47,803 nucleotides of DNA from Bacillota bacterium (GTDB taxonomy: Bacteria; Bacillota; Clostridia; TANB77; CAG-508). A model generated the notes under the pieces. The model worked only from the letters and a program-made list of their open reading frames with translations. It searched no databases and had not been told where the DNA came from. Numbering within the stretch: the first letter of the stretch is position 1; every line of letters starts with the position of its first letter. Positions 1-8,218 of the stretch are shown one piece after another. The stretch is taken from the NCBI GenBank assembly GCA_963929465.1, contig CAWVJG010000012.1, positions 1 to 47,803 of the forward strand, given 5' to 3'. The translations under genes and the position numbers were made by a program.

Positions 1-779
1 TTGCCTTAATTTTTTCAATTGGTTCTGCTTGGGCTTCTTACTATTATAGTGATAAAATTGTATTATCATTAAATAAAGCAAGACCTGCTACGAAAGAAGA
101 AGACCAGAAATTAGTAAATATTTTGGATGCTTTAATGATAACAGCTGGGCTTCCTAATAAACCTAGACTTTATGTTGTAGATGATAATCAACCAAACGCT
201 TTTGCAACTGGTAGAAATCCACAAAATGCCGTTATCTGTGTTACAACTGGTCTTCTAGAAAAATTAGATTATTACGAATTAGAAGGTGTTATTGCACATG
301 AAATGAGCCATATCAAAAATTACGATATCCGTTTAAGTTGTGTTGTTTCTGTTATGGTAGGATTTATTGTGATGCTGTCTGATTTATTTACTCGTGCTTT
401 ATTCTGGGGCGGAGTGAAAGATAGTGATAGCGATAGTAAAGCAAATGGTATATTAATGCTAGTTGGATTAATTTTTCTAATTTTAGCTCCCATCTTTGGT
501 TCACTTATGCAACTTGCTTTATCCAGAAAAAGAGAATTTTTAGCAGATAGTACTGCAGTAGAATTTACACGTAACCCAGATGGTTTAATTTCTGCTTTAC
601 AAAAATTAGAAAATGATCCAAATCAACTAGAAACTGCAAACAATGCCACTGCTAACATGTATATAATTAATCCATTTAAGAAAAACACTAAAAATGGTAA
701 GAAAAAAAGCTCAAATATATGGTCTACACACCCTAGTACTGCAGATAGAATTGAAGCTTTAAGAAATTTAAAATATTAG
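1..779 (+). CDS. htpX: Zn metalloprotease HtpX (peptidase M48); the 5' end lies outside the window
   Basis: The frame is open from base 3 and continuous with ORF 123..779. It has the HEMSH zinc motif (AHEMSHIKNYD), internal hydrophobic helices, and an M48-like C-terminal STHPSTADRIEAL. Confidence 0.85.
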   Translation, partial: ALIFSIGSAWASYYYSDKIVLSLNKARPATKEEDQKLVNILDALMITAGLPNKPRLYVVDDNQPNAFATGRNPQNAVICVTTGLLEKLDYYELEGVIAHEMSHIKNYDIRLSCVVSVMVGFIVMLSDLFTRALFWGGVKDSDSDSKANGILMLVGLIFLILAPIFGSLMQLALSRKREFLADSTAVEFTRNPDGLISALQKLENDPNQLETANNATANMYIINPFKKNTKNGKKKSSNIWSTHPSTADRIEALRNLKY

Positions 780-787
780 AAATTATA

Positions 788-831
788 ATACACCATAAAT
801 ATCTTGTTAACAATGAATATTTATGGTGTAT
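788..831. terminator. Bidirectional stem-loop between convergent htpX and tatD
   Basis: There is a perfect 15-bp inverted repeat, ATACACCATAAATAT (788-802) / ATATTTATGGTGTAT (817-831), with A/T-rich flanks. It sits between two convergent stop codons. Confidence 0.6.
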
Positions 832-834
832 TTG

Positions 835-1626
835 TTATATATTAAAAATTCTTTCTGTGTTTGCATAGGTTATTTCAGCAACTTCCTCTATTGTTTTCCC
901 TTTTACATCTGCTATCTTCTGTGCAATAAATTTCACATTTCTAGGATCATTTCTGGTTCCTCTGACTGGTTCTGGTGCTAAATATGGACTATCTGTCTCA
1001 ATTAACATTTTATCTTCTGGTACCATTTCTATGATTTCATTTGCATTCTTAGAATTTTTAAAAGTAACTGGCCCTGCAAAAGATATGTAAAAGCCAAGTT
1101 TTAATGCTTCTTTTACCAATTCTCTATTTAGTGGGCAACAATGAAAAATCCCTTTCCTATTAACTGTATTCTCCTTTAAAATTTCTATGGTATCCATAAC
1201 TGCATCTCTTGTATGGATCACAATTGGTAAATCAAATGCATTCGCCATTTCTATTTGTTTTTCAAAAGCTTGTTTTTGTAACTCTCTTCTTTGTAAATTT
1301 TTTTCCCAATAATAATCTAATCCAATTTCTCCAATAGCTACAATTTTTTTATTTTCTATATTTTCTTTCACCAAATCCTTTATTGTCTCTATATCTTTCC
1401 ACAATTCTTCTTCATTTTGTGGAATATCATTTGGAGAAATTCCGCAAATCGTATATATATATTCATATTTTTTAGATAATTCTATACCTTTTTTAGAACC
1501 CTCTATACTATATCCTGCAGAAACAAACTTTGTAATATCTGCTTGTTTTATTTCTTTTATTAATGTTTCTCTATCCTCATCAAATCTTTCATCATCTAAA
1601 TGGCAATGACTATCAAAAAACTCCAT
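835..1626 (-). CDS. tatD: TatD-family metal-dependent hydrolase/DNase
   Basis: 263 aa. The N-terminal FDSHCHLD motif, internal GEIGLDY and IHTRDA motifs, and ETDSPYL near the C terminus are typical of the TatD/YabD family. Confidence 0.9.
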   Translation of the reverse strand: MEFFDSHCHLDDERFDEDRETLIKEIKQADITKFVSAGYSIEGSKKGIELSKKYEYIYTICGISPNDIPQNEEELWKDIETIKDLVKENIENKKIVAIGEIGLDYYWEKNLQRRELQKQAFEKQIEMANAFDLPIVIHTRDAVMDTIEILKENTVNRKGIFHCCPLNRELVKEALKLGFYISFAGPVTFKNSKNANEIIEMVPEDKMLIETDSPYLAPEPVRGTRNDPRNVKFIAQKIADVKGKTIEEVAEITYANTERIFNI

Positions 1627-1642
1627 TCTTTATTTACCTCCT

Positions 1643-1680
1643 TTGTCCAATTGGGGACGTTTCTATTTGGGACATTTTTT
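1643..1680. repeat. 38-bp intergenic repeat, copy 1 (inverted relative to copies 2 and 3)
   Basis: The sequence is TTGTCCAATTGGGGACGTTTCTATTTGGGACATTTTTT. It is the reverse complement of 1899-1936 apart from one A/G difference and abuts the tatD RBS. Confidence 0.65.
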
Positions 1681-1898
1681 AAAATAAAATTTTTTAAAAA
1701 ATAAATGTCATTAAAATTTTATGAAATTACGAATGTAAATGGAAGAATATTATAAATTCTTAAAATGCCAAGTAGGAGAATCTCAAACTCTCCTTGAGAG
1801 GTGCCTGCTTGGTATTTTTAGAATTTATTTATTCTGCAATGCTAACCGAGTAATGAATAAAATTTTAATTACATTTATTTTTATAATTAACATAGCAT

Positions 1899-1936
1899 TA
1901 AAAATGTCCCAAACAGAAACGTCCCCAATTGGACAT
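1899..1936. repeat. 38-bp intergenic repeat, copy 2
   Basis: The sequence is TTAAAAATGTCCCAAACAGAAACGTCCCCAATTGGACAT. It is internally palindromic (ATGTCC...GGACAT) and overlaps the acpS stop codon by one base. Confidence 0.65.
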
Positions 1937-2310
1937 TATTTCCATACTACCACAACATTTGCTGTTGCATATTCTTTACAATGTGAAATACTAATATCCA
2001 TTTCTTCTATTTCTGGTATTTCTATATTTAATAAGTTCGCATATGGTCTTCCATTTTCATCATTAATCACTTCTATATCTTTCCAACCAATATCGTACTT
2101 ATTCTTTAATTTACGTGAGATTGATTTAAATACTGCTTCTTTTGCTGCAAATCGAGCTGCATAATGTTGATATTTTTGTTTCTTTTTACTTTCGCAATAT
2201 TGAATTTCTTTGTCTGTATAAACACGTTCTAAAAATTTTATTCCTAATTCTTCTATACTTTCTTTTATTCGTTTAATTTCTATAATATCTGTACCGCAAC
2301 TTATTTTCAT
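1936..2310 (-). CDS. acpS: Holo-[acyl-carrier-protein] synthase (4'-phosphopantetheinyl transferase)
   Basis: 124 aa. The N-terminal GTDIIEIKRI, the internal AARFAAKEA motif and the C-terminal SISH are all AcpS signatures. Confidence 0.9.
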   Translation of the reverse strand: MKISCGTDIIEIKRIKESIEELGIKFLERVYTDKEIQYCESKKKQKYQHYAARFAAKEAVFKSISRKLKNKYDIGWKDIEVINDENGRPYANLLNIEIPEIEEMDISISHCKEYATANVVVVWK

Positions 2311-2626
2311 ACTATTTTTTCCTCTTCCTATTTTTACTATGATTCTCTCTCATGTTTTCTGTTCTGTTTTCTTTTATTTTTTTGTTTTTCTCTTTTTCTT
2401 TTTTTGTTTTTTCTTTTTTTATTTTACCAAACACAATTCTATTTATTTTTCTTTTAAAATAAAATATTACATTTTTTATTTTCACTTTGAGTCTAAGTAA
2501 CTTAAAATTTTAGATTTTTTTCCAATGTAATATAATATAGCAAAATGGATTATCTAAAAGTATAAACATAATTTAGATAATCCATTTATTTTCTAGTTTA
2601 TTATTTATCAAAACAATACCTTATTA

Positions 2627-3868
2627 CTAATATTTTGATAGCAATACAAAGTTTAATATATTAAATATTAATGAGACAACTAAAATAACCGAAATGGCAA
2701 TTGTTACATTTTTATTTTTTTCAATGTTTAGTTCTTTATATAAGACATCATATTCTGTTTTTACCTCATTATATAATTTTTCTAATCCTAACATTTCTTT
2801 TACTTTATGGTCAAACATGGTTCCTGCTTCATCTTCCGTTACTTCTTGTATCCATATATTTTTTGTAAAAGATATAAATTCTTTTCTTACTTCTTTAATT
2901 TTTGTTGGATGTTTAAATTCCAAACTTAGTTTTTTCAAGTAAATTTTCTTATACAATTCAAATATATAGGTATATAGATATTGTTGCTCGAATTCATTTG
3001 GCAAAGTTGTGTAATTATTAATGTCTGTTGATGATGAAAACAAGGTTACACCATATTTTGTAATTCCCATCTTTGTATATTTCCATTTGGCTAGTGATAC
3101 AATATCATCTTCTCGTAAACTAGCAGAATTATCAGCAGGTAAAAATCGAACAAATTTTATAAAGTTATTTTCAATATTTTCAAATGGATTATCTACATTC
3201 CATGCTGATTGGTCTATACATACATAAGAATATGTTAAAAAGCGCTCTGTATTAATATCTAATTTTATTGCCTCCACATTAGACCCTGTGATTCCTTTTA
3301 TAAAATCCGTTATTTTATCAATACTTGCAAAGCTATCTGTTTGTATGTTAATTTTATCATAGTTATTTAATGTTCTATTATCTTGTTTGATATCTCTAAA
3401 TTTATAATTAAAATTCAAAACATCTGAAAAAGTTGGATTGTCTTCTATATTTGTTTTCATACACAAAAAACAGATTCCTGTTTGAAAACAAATAATTTCT
3501 ATTTTCTGTATCTTAAAGAAGATTCCTTTTCCATCTCCTGCTTTTCCTTGAATATCTTTTTTTATCGTATATTCAAATATACTGCAAGGATATTTAGAAA
3601 GTACTGCTGCTTGTGTTTCTATTGGCATTTCTTTAAATTTTGCATATTTTGAATTTGTAAAACTAAAACTTGAGAAAAGAAAGTCTCTCATTTTTGGTGT
3701 AAAATGCTTATACAATCTTAAGTCTTTTTCTTTTTCAAATCTTTTTATTTTACAGTTTTTATCTCTTAATAATCGTAATATATATTTTTGATATTTCTTT
3801 TGTTTTACAACAAAAGGATGTATAAAATATGTATATTGATAGTTTATCTTTAGTTCCATGTTTATCAC
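2627..3868 (-). CDS. Hypothetical protein, 413 aa, with a single C-terminal transmembrane helix
   Basis: This is a long ORF with a plausible RBS (AAAGGTGA) upstream of the ATG. The C-terminal hydrophobic segment is IAISVILVVSLIFNILNFVLL. I recognise no catalytic motif. Confidence 0.6.
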   Translation of the reverse strand: MINMELKINYQYTYFIHPFVVKQKKYQKYILRLLRDKNCKIKRFEKEKDLRLYKHFTPKMRDFLFSSFSFTNSKYAKFKEMPIETQAAVLSKYPCSIFEYTIKKDIQGKAGDGKGIFFKIQKIEIICFQTGICFLCMKTNIEDNPTFSDVLNFNYKFRDIKQDNRTLNNYDKINIQTDSFASIDKITDFIKGITGSNVEAIKLDINTERFLTYSYVCIDQSAWNVDNPFENIENNFIKFVRFLPADNSASLREDDIVSLAKWKYTKMGITKYGVTLFSSSTDINNYTTLPNEFEQQYLYTYIFELYKKIYLKKLSLEFKHPTKIKEVRKEFISFTKNIWIQEVTEDEAGTMFDHKVKEMLGLEKLYNEVKTEYDVLYKELNIEKNKNVTIAISVILVVSLIFNILNFVLLSKY

Positions 3869-3925
3869 CTTTTTATAAAAATTGATTTCTTTTTACATTG
3901 TTTGATATATAAATTTTGCAAATTA

Positions 3926-5446
3926 TCACTCTTGATTATAATAATTCATATTTAAGTCTTTTCCTAGATGCCATTTTCCTATGAAATCAACAACTAAATA
4001 ATCATCTAAATTGTATGTAGGTTCTTGTACAACTTCTCCTTTATTGTTAATTGCTCCCCATTTTCCGTCTTTTTTCACTGCTGCAAATCCATATTCATTT
4101 TGCTCTGTTGCATCATCATACATATATTCTACCACAACATTTCCATCTTTGTCTACATATCCATAAAGATTATCTTTTTTATCTAAATATAATGTATGAT
4201 TACTTAATATTTCGGTTTTATTTTTTTCTTCAAATTTAAAATTATAATATTTATATTCATCATTTTGTCTTAATTCAAAATAGCCTGAAGTTGAATTGAT
4301 TTCAATTAAGATTCCTGTTTGTTTTACGTCAAAGTTACTATCTAAGATATTACTATTAAAGTTTTCATCTTCTGCAATATAAATATCTCCTGTTTCATTA
4401 TATGTAATCGTTTGATAAGTAAATGGTACTTTTTCTGCATTTTCTATATCCACAATTCCTTGTGTTTTGTCTTTTGTTGCTATAAAAATATTTGCTTTTG
4501 CTTCTACTAAATTATCATATTGTGCCTCTATTAAAACTTCTCCTGTTAAGCTCATCACACCATATTTTCCATTTGAAATATAAATAACACCTTGGTCTTT
4601 TGTTTTTAATATTGCTGATATTTGTTCAAATCCTTGGGTTAGAACATCTTCTCCATTGGCATTTACCACTTTTTGATTTCCATCTTGTGTCACCACATAT
4701 AAGTCATTTCCATATACTTTTTCAATTTCTTGATATTGATTTTGTAATATTACTTTTTTAGAGGAATCTACAATTCCATATAGTCCTGCATCATCTTTTA
4801 CAATATAGCCATCTCTATTTGTCTTTCCTAAGTTTGTAATTTCTGCATAGTTCGTATCTAAAATGATTCTTCCTTCTCTATCTGCTACACCATATTTTCC
4901 ATCTTTTTGGATTAATAATGCATTTTCTACACCTGGTAATGCTTCTATACTTTCATATTCTGTATTTAAGATAGATTCTCCCTCAAAATTAATGGTTCCC
5001 CATTTTCCATCTTTTTGCACTTTTAATACATTATCTTCATACCACAAATTATTATTTTCATCATGATTACTTATCGCTTCTATTTTTGTATAATCTGTGA
5101 AAATTTCTTGATTCTGACTATTTAAGGCTTTTGTTGAATATTCTCCTGTGTCAAAATTCACATCATATGTGCAAAGAAAAATGTCTGTTTTATTATCTGG
5201 TATAATAATCATTTCTTCATAAGAAGGATCTATCACTGTGTCACCATTTTCATCAATGACACCCCATTTGTTGTTTTGATATGCTGCAAAATATGTTTTA
5301 CTAGCAATCTCTCCTCTACTGCTTTCTTTTTGAAAAATCCCTCTTATAATAAATACAGACATAATAATTACAACAAATGCTAGAATGACTGCAAAAACTT
5401 TTTTCTTATTTAACTTTCGTTCTTCATATCTTCTTCCTCTACTCAT
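3926..5446 (-). CDS. Membrane-anchored WG-repeat (KWG-type beta-propeller-like) protein
   Basis: 506 aa with an N-terminal TM helix. It has many repeats of the form [DN]GKWG/YG-[VA]-[IV]D/N-x-x-G-x-x-[IV], for example NNKWGVIDENGDTVI, DGKWGTINFEGESIL, DGKYGVADREGRIIL and DGKWGAINNKGEVV. Confidence 0.8.
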   Translation of the reverse strand: MSRGRRYEERKLNKKKVFAVILAFVVIIMSVFIIRGIFQKESSRGEIASKTYFAAYQNNKWGVIDENGDTVIDPSYEEMIIIPDNKTDIFLCTYDVNFDTGEYSTKALNSQNQEIFTDYTKIEAISNHDENNNLWYEDNVLKVQKDGKWGTINFEGESILNTEYESIEALPGVENALLIQKDGKYGVADREGRIILDTNYAEITNLGKTNRDGYIVKDDAGLYGIVDSSKKVILQNQYQEIEKVYGNDLYVVTQDGNQKVVNANGEDVLTQGFEQISAILKTKDQGVIYISNGKYGVMSLTGEVLIEAQYDNLVEAKANIFIATKDKTQGIVDIENAEKVPFTYQTITYNETGDIYIAEDENFNSNILDSNFDVKQTGILIEINSTSGYFELRQNDEYKYYNFKFEEKNKTEILSNHTLYLDKKDNLYGYVDKDGNVVVEYMYDDATEQNEYGFAAVKKDGKWGAINNKGEVVQEPTYNLDDYLVVDFIGKWHLGKDLNMNYYNQE

Positions 5447-5525
5447 ACATTTGTTCCTCCCATTTTATTGTAAAACTTGTTTATTTTCTTTTGTCTAAAA
5501 AGTTCTTTTATCCTTGATATGGTTT

Positions 5526-7943
5526 CTATGAATCTTTTTTCATAAATTTACACACGATGACACTCATATCGTCTTTTATTTTTCCAAAATTGTTATCTAT
5601 TGCTTCATTTAATACAATATCTGCAATTTTTTTTGTGTTTTTTGTTTCGATATCTTCTAATAAATATTTAATCCATAATTCTTTGTTTTTATATTCTATA
5701 TTAGAATCTAATATACCATCTGTACACATAAGCATGATTTGCTCATTTTGTATATCTGTATCAAATACTTGTATATTATCTTGATTGACCATTCCTGCTG
5801 GAAGTGAATTTGATTTTACAATCTGTACTTTTTTATCTTTTTTGATATATGTTGGACATGCACCACTTTTTATAAATTCCACAGTTCCTTTATATAAATC
5901 TATAATGGCGATATCTAATGTTGCAAAAATTTCTTCATTTTTGCTAATCAAACTTGAAGTGATTAATTCAATAGAACTATCTTTATCAAATCCAGATTTT
6001 AATAAATTTTTCAACATTGTCAATGCTTGCATACTACTTTCATTTGCTTTTCTTCCTGTTCCCATTCCATCACTTAGTGCAATGACATATTTTCCATCTT
6101 TTAATCTTGTATTGACAAAATTATCTCCTGAAACTTCACTTTGATTTTTGCTAGAATCTGCTGTTGCAAATCCAATGACATATTTATCATCAGAAATATA
6201 AATTAAGTCTGTTTCTGTAGAATTTTCATCATTTAAAATCATTTTTTCTTTTAAGATTTTTGTCAGTATATCTTCAATGATACGATTATTTGCTATTTCT
6301 TTAAGTAATATATGAACAATATATCTATCTTTTTGCGTAATAGCTACTTCACTCACTTGTATTTCTTTTTGTTTTAATAATTCGATAATTTCAATTTCTT
6401 GTTTTGTATAATTCTTTTCTTTAACAGCTTCTTTTTGTATATCTTTTGCGATTCCAGAAATGACTTTTGAAACACCTCTTAATTGTGTTTCCATATTTTT
6501 CTTGTTTTCTTCTAGTTTTCTTTTCCAAACAAAATTATTTTTGCTTACTTTATAAGATATATTTAAAATTCTTAAAATCTGTAAAATATTTTCTTCTAAA
6601 TATCCACTGATTTCTTTATCATCAAATCCAATAATATAACTATTGCAATCTGCAAAGATTTTTAACAAATCTTCTCTTTCAATTTCTTGTTTTTCTAATA
6701 ATAAATTAAATATTTCATCTACAATTTTTCCATCTACATTTGCGATATCTTCATATAATAAGTTGTCTTTATATGGTTCTAAATTATTTAGTAATTCATT
6801 GATAAATATTTGCTTATTTTCTTCTTTTTCTTCAATAGAAAACTCTTTTTTAGTATCTTTCGCATAGGCATTTGCCATTTTTTTGATTGTTTCAGATACA
6901 TTATTTAATTTTTCAACAGTTTCTTTTTCTCTTGTCAAACTTCTTTCTCTTGATACTGGTAAAAATTTTGAGTTTCCTACAAATTCTTCTATATCAATAT
7001 TAATGTTTTTTGGTATTGCTAGTAAAATAATAGATGCCAATAAGATTTCCTTGAAATAGATTAATTCTACTGTATAACCATTTGATGCATATGCTAATAT
7101 TACATTTCCTATACAAAATCCTACAATGACACCAATTCTTCCAAATCGGTTTAAAAATCCTGCTACCATACCAGAAATTGCATAAGCTGCTATAATAATT
7201 GGTTCCCCTCCTGTAATAATTCCAAGTGTCACACCAATTGTTACTCCTGAGGTTGCTCCTACTAATACACCATTTTTCCAGCCTAAAATTAATACAATCA
7301 ATATACTAAGTACGTTTCTAATTGAAAATCCTAAAATAGATATATCTGAAAAAGCGCTTACGGCTATCGCTAATAGAAGACTTGTCCCTATCACTTCTTC
7401 AATAGAAAATGCCTTTTTTTCTCCTAGATTTTCAATAACAGAAATAGAGTTCGCAAATATTTTGTAAAATGCAATGGCAATAATTGTGTATGTAATACTT
7501 AATAATATGTCATAAAACGTAAGAGTTGCAAATAATGCTTTTATGATTTGTATGATAAAAACAGCTATAAATATGTTTTTACCTACTTTAATTTTTTCAT
7601 TTCTTTCCTCTTCGTTATATTTTGGTTTGATAATGAATAAACTAATAAAAAATACAAGACTTGTTAGAAAATACTCTAATCCTCCACTTACACCAAATTT
7701 TATAATATTTCCTATTAAAGATACTACTGTTACTCCTAAAAGTGGAATAGAAGATGAAAAACAAGCTCCTAATATACTAATACTGAATAATGAAAATTCT
7801 CCTCCTATGCTCACTAATGACAACATGAATGATAAAATATACATTATGATATTGTTTCGTTTAATCACTTCTGACCATCTATTTACAGTTTCTTTCTTTC
7901 TATCTTGCACTGTATATTCATTTATATTTTGAAACATATTCAC
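5526..7943 (-). CDS. spoIIE: Stage II sporulation protein E (PP2C-type phosphatase, polytopic membrane protein)
   Basis: 805 aa. About 10 N-terminal TM segments and a central linker precede a C-terminal PP2C/SpoIIE domain with SDGMGTGRKANESS and MLMCTDGILD motifs. Confidence 0.9.
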   Translation of the reverse strand: MNMFQNINEYTVQDRKKETVNRWSEVIKRNNIIMYILSFMLSLVSIGGEFSLFSISILGACFSSSIPLLGVTVVSLIGNIIKFGVSGGLEYFLTSLVFFISLFIIKPKYNEEERNEKIKVGKNIFIAVFIIQIIKALFATLTFYDILLSITYTIIAIAFYKIFANSISVIENLGEKKAFSIEEVIGTSLLLAIAVSAFSDISILGFSIRNVLSILIVLILGWKNGVLVGATSGVTIGVTLGIITGGEPIIIAAYAISGMVAGFLNRFGRIGVIVGFCIGNVILAYASNGYTVELIYFKEILLASIILLAIPKNINIDIEEFVGNSKFLPVSRERSLTREKETVEKLNNVSETIKKMANAYAKDTKKEFSIEEKEENKQIFINELLNNLEPYKDNLLYEDIANVDGKIVDEIFNLLLEKQEIEREDLLKIFADCNSYIIGFDDKEISGYLEENILQILRILNISYKVSKNNFVWKRKLEENKKNMETQLRGVSKVISGIAKDIQKEAVKEKNYTKQEIEIIELLKQKEIQVSEVAITQKDRYIVHILLKEIANNRIIEDILTKILKEKMILNDENSTETDLIYISDDKYVIGFATADSSKNQSEVSGDNFVNTRLKDGKYVIALSDGMGTGRKANESSMQALTMLKNLLKSGFDKDSSIELITSSLISKNEEIFATLDIAIIDLYKGTVEFIKSGACPTYIKKDKKVQIVKSNSLPAGMVNQDNIQVFDTDIQNEQIMLMCTDGILDSNIEYKNKELWIKYLLEDIETKNTKKIADIVLNEAIDNNFGKIKDDMSVIVCKFMKKDS

Positions 7944-8143
7944 ATACCACCTTTACCTAAATATATGCTATATTTTACTACTTGTCTTTTGTGGTTTTTG
8001 TCTTTTTTAGTAAGTTATGACTAATAACTTTTTTACAGAATATACGTTTTTTTTTTGATATATTTTTTTATATTCCTTTTTTTTAGTTTTTATGTTTTTT
8101 ATTTTATTACAGAATGTCAAAAAAAGCAATAACTTTATGGGAC

Positions 8144-8178
8144 AAAAAAAATCATCCCTATTTAGGAATGATTTTTTG
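8144..8178 (-). terminator. Rho-independent terminator after the second adhesin operon
   Basis: On the minus strand, AAAAAATCATTCCTAAATAGGGATGATTTTTTTT forms an 11-bp stem with one mismatch, followed by a T run. It lies about 40 nt downstream of the stop at 8219. Confidence 0.55.
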
Positions 8179-8218
8179 GTTACTATATGATTTTATATTA
8201 TATTATCATTTTATACCT

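Noticed and set aside
1739-2164. A 141-aa plus-strand ORF spanning the acpS-tatD spacer and the 3' part of acpS
   Set aside because: It overlaps a confident acpS on the opposite strand and runs through the 38-bp repeat. It is low-complexity and hydrophobic, with no RBS. The spacer is better explained by the repeat/hairpin element.
2311-2450. Long polypyrimidine (T/C) tracts on the plus strand upstream of minus-strand genes, also at 7980-8110, 39190-39330 and 40755-40810
   Set aside because: This is compositional low complexity typical of AT-rich intergenic DNA. It has no defined periodic unit or conserved motif, and I cannot support a specific function.
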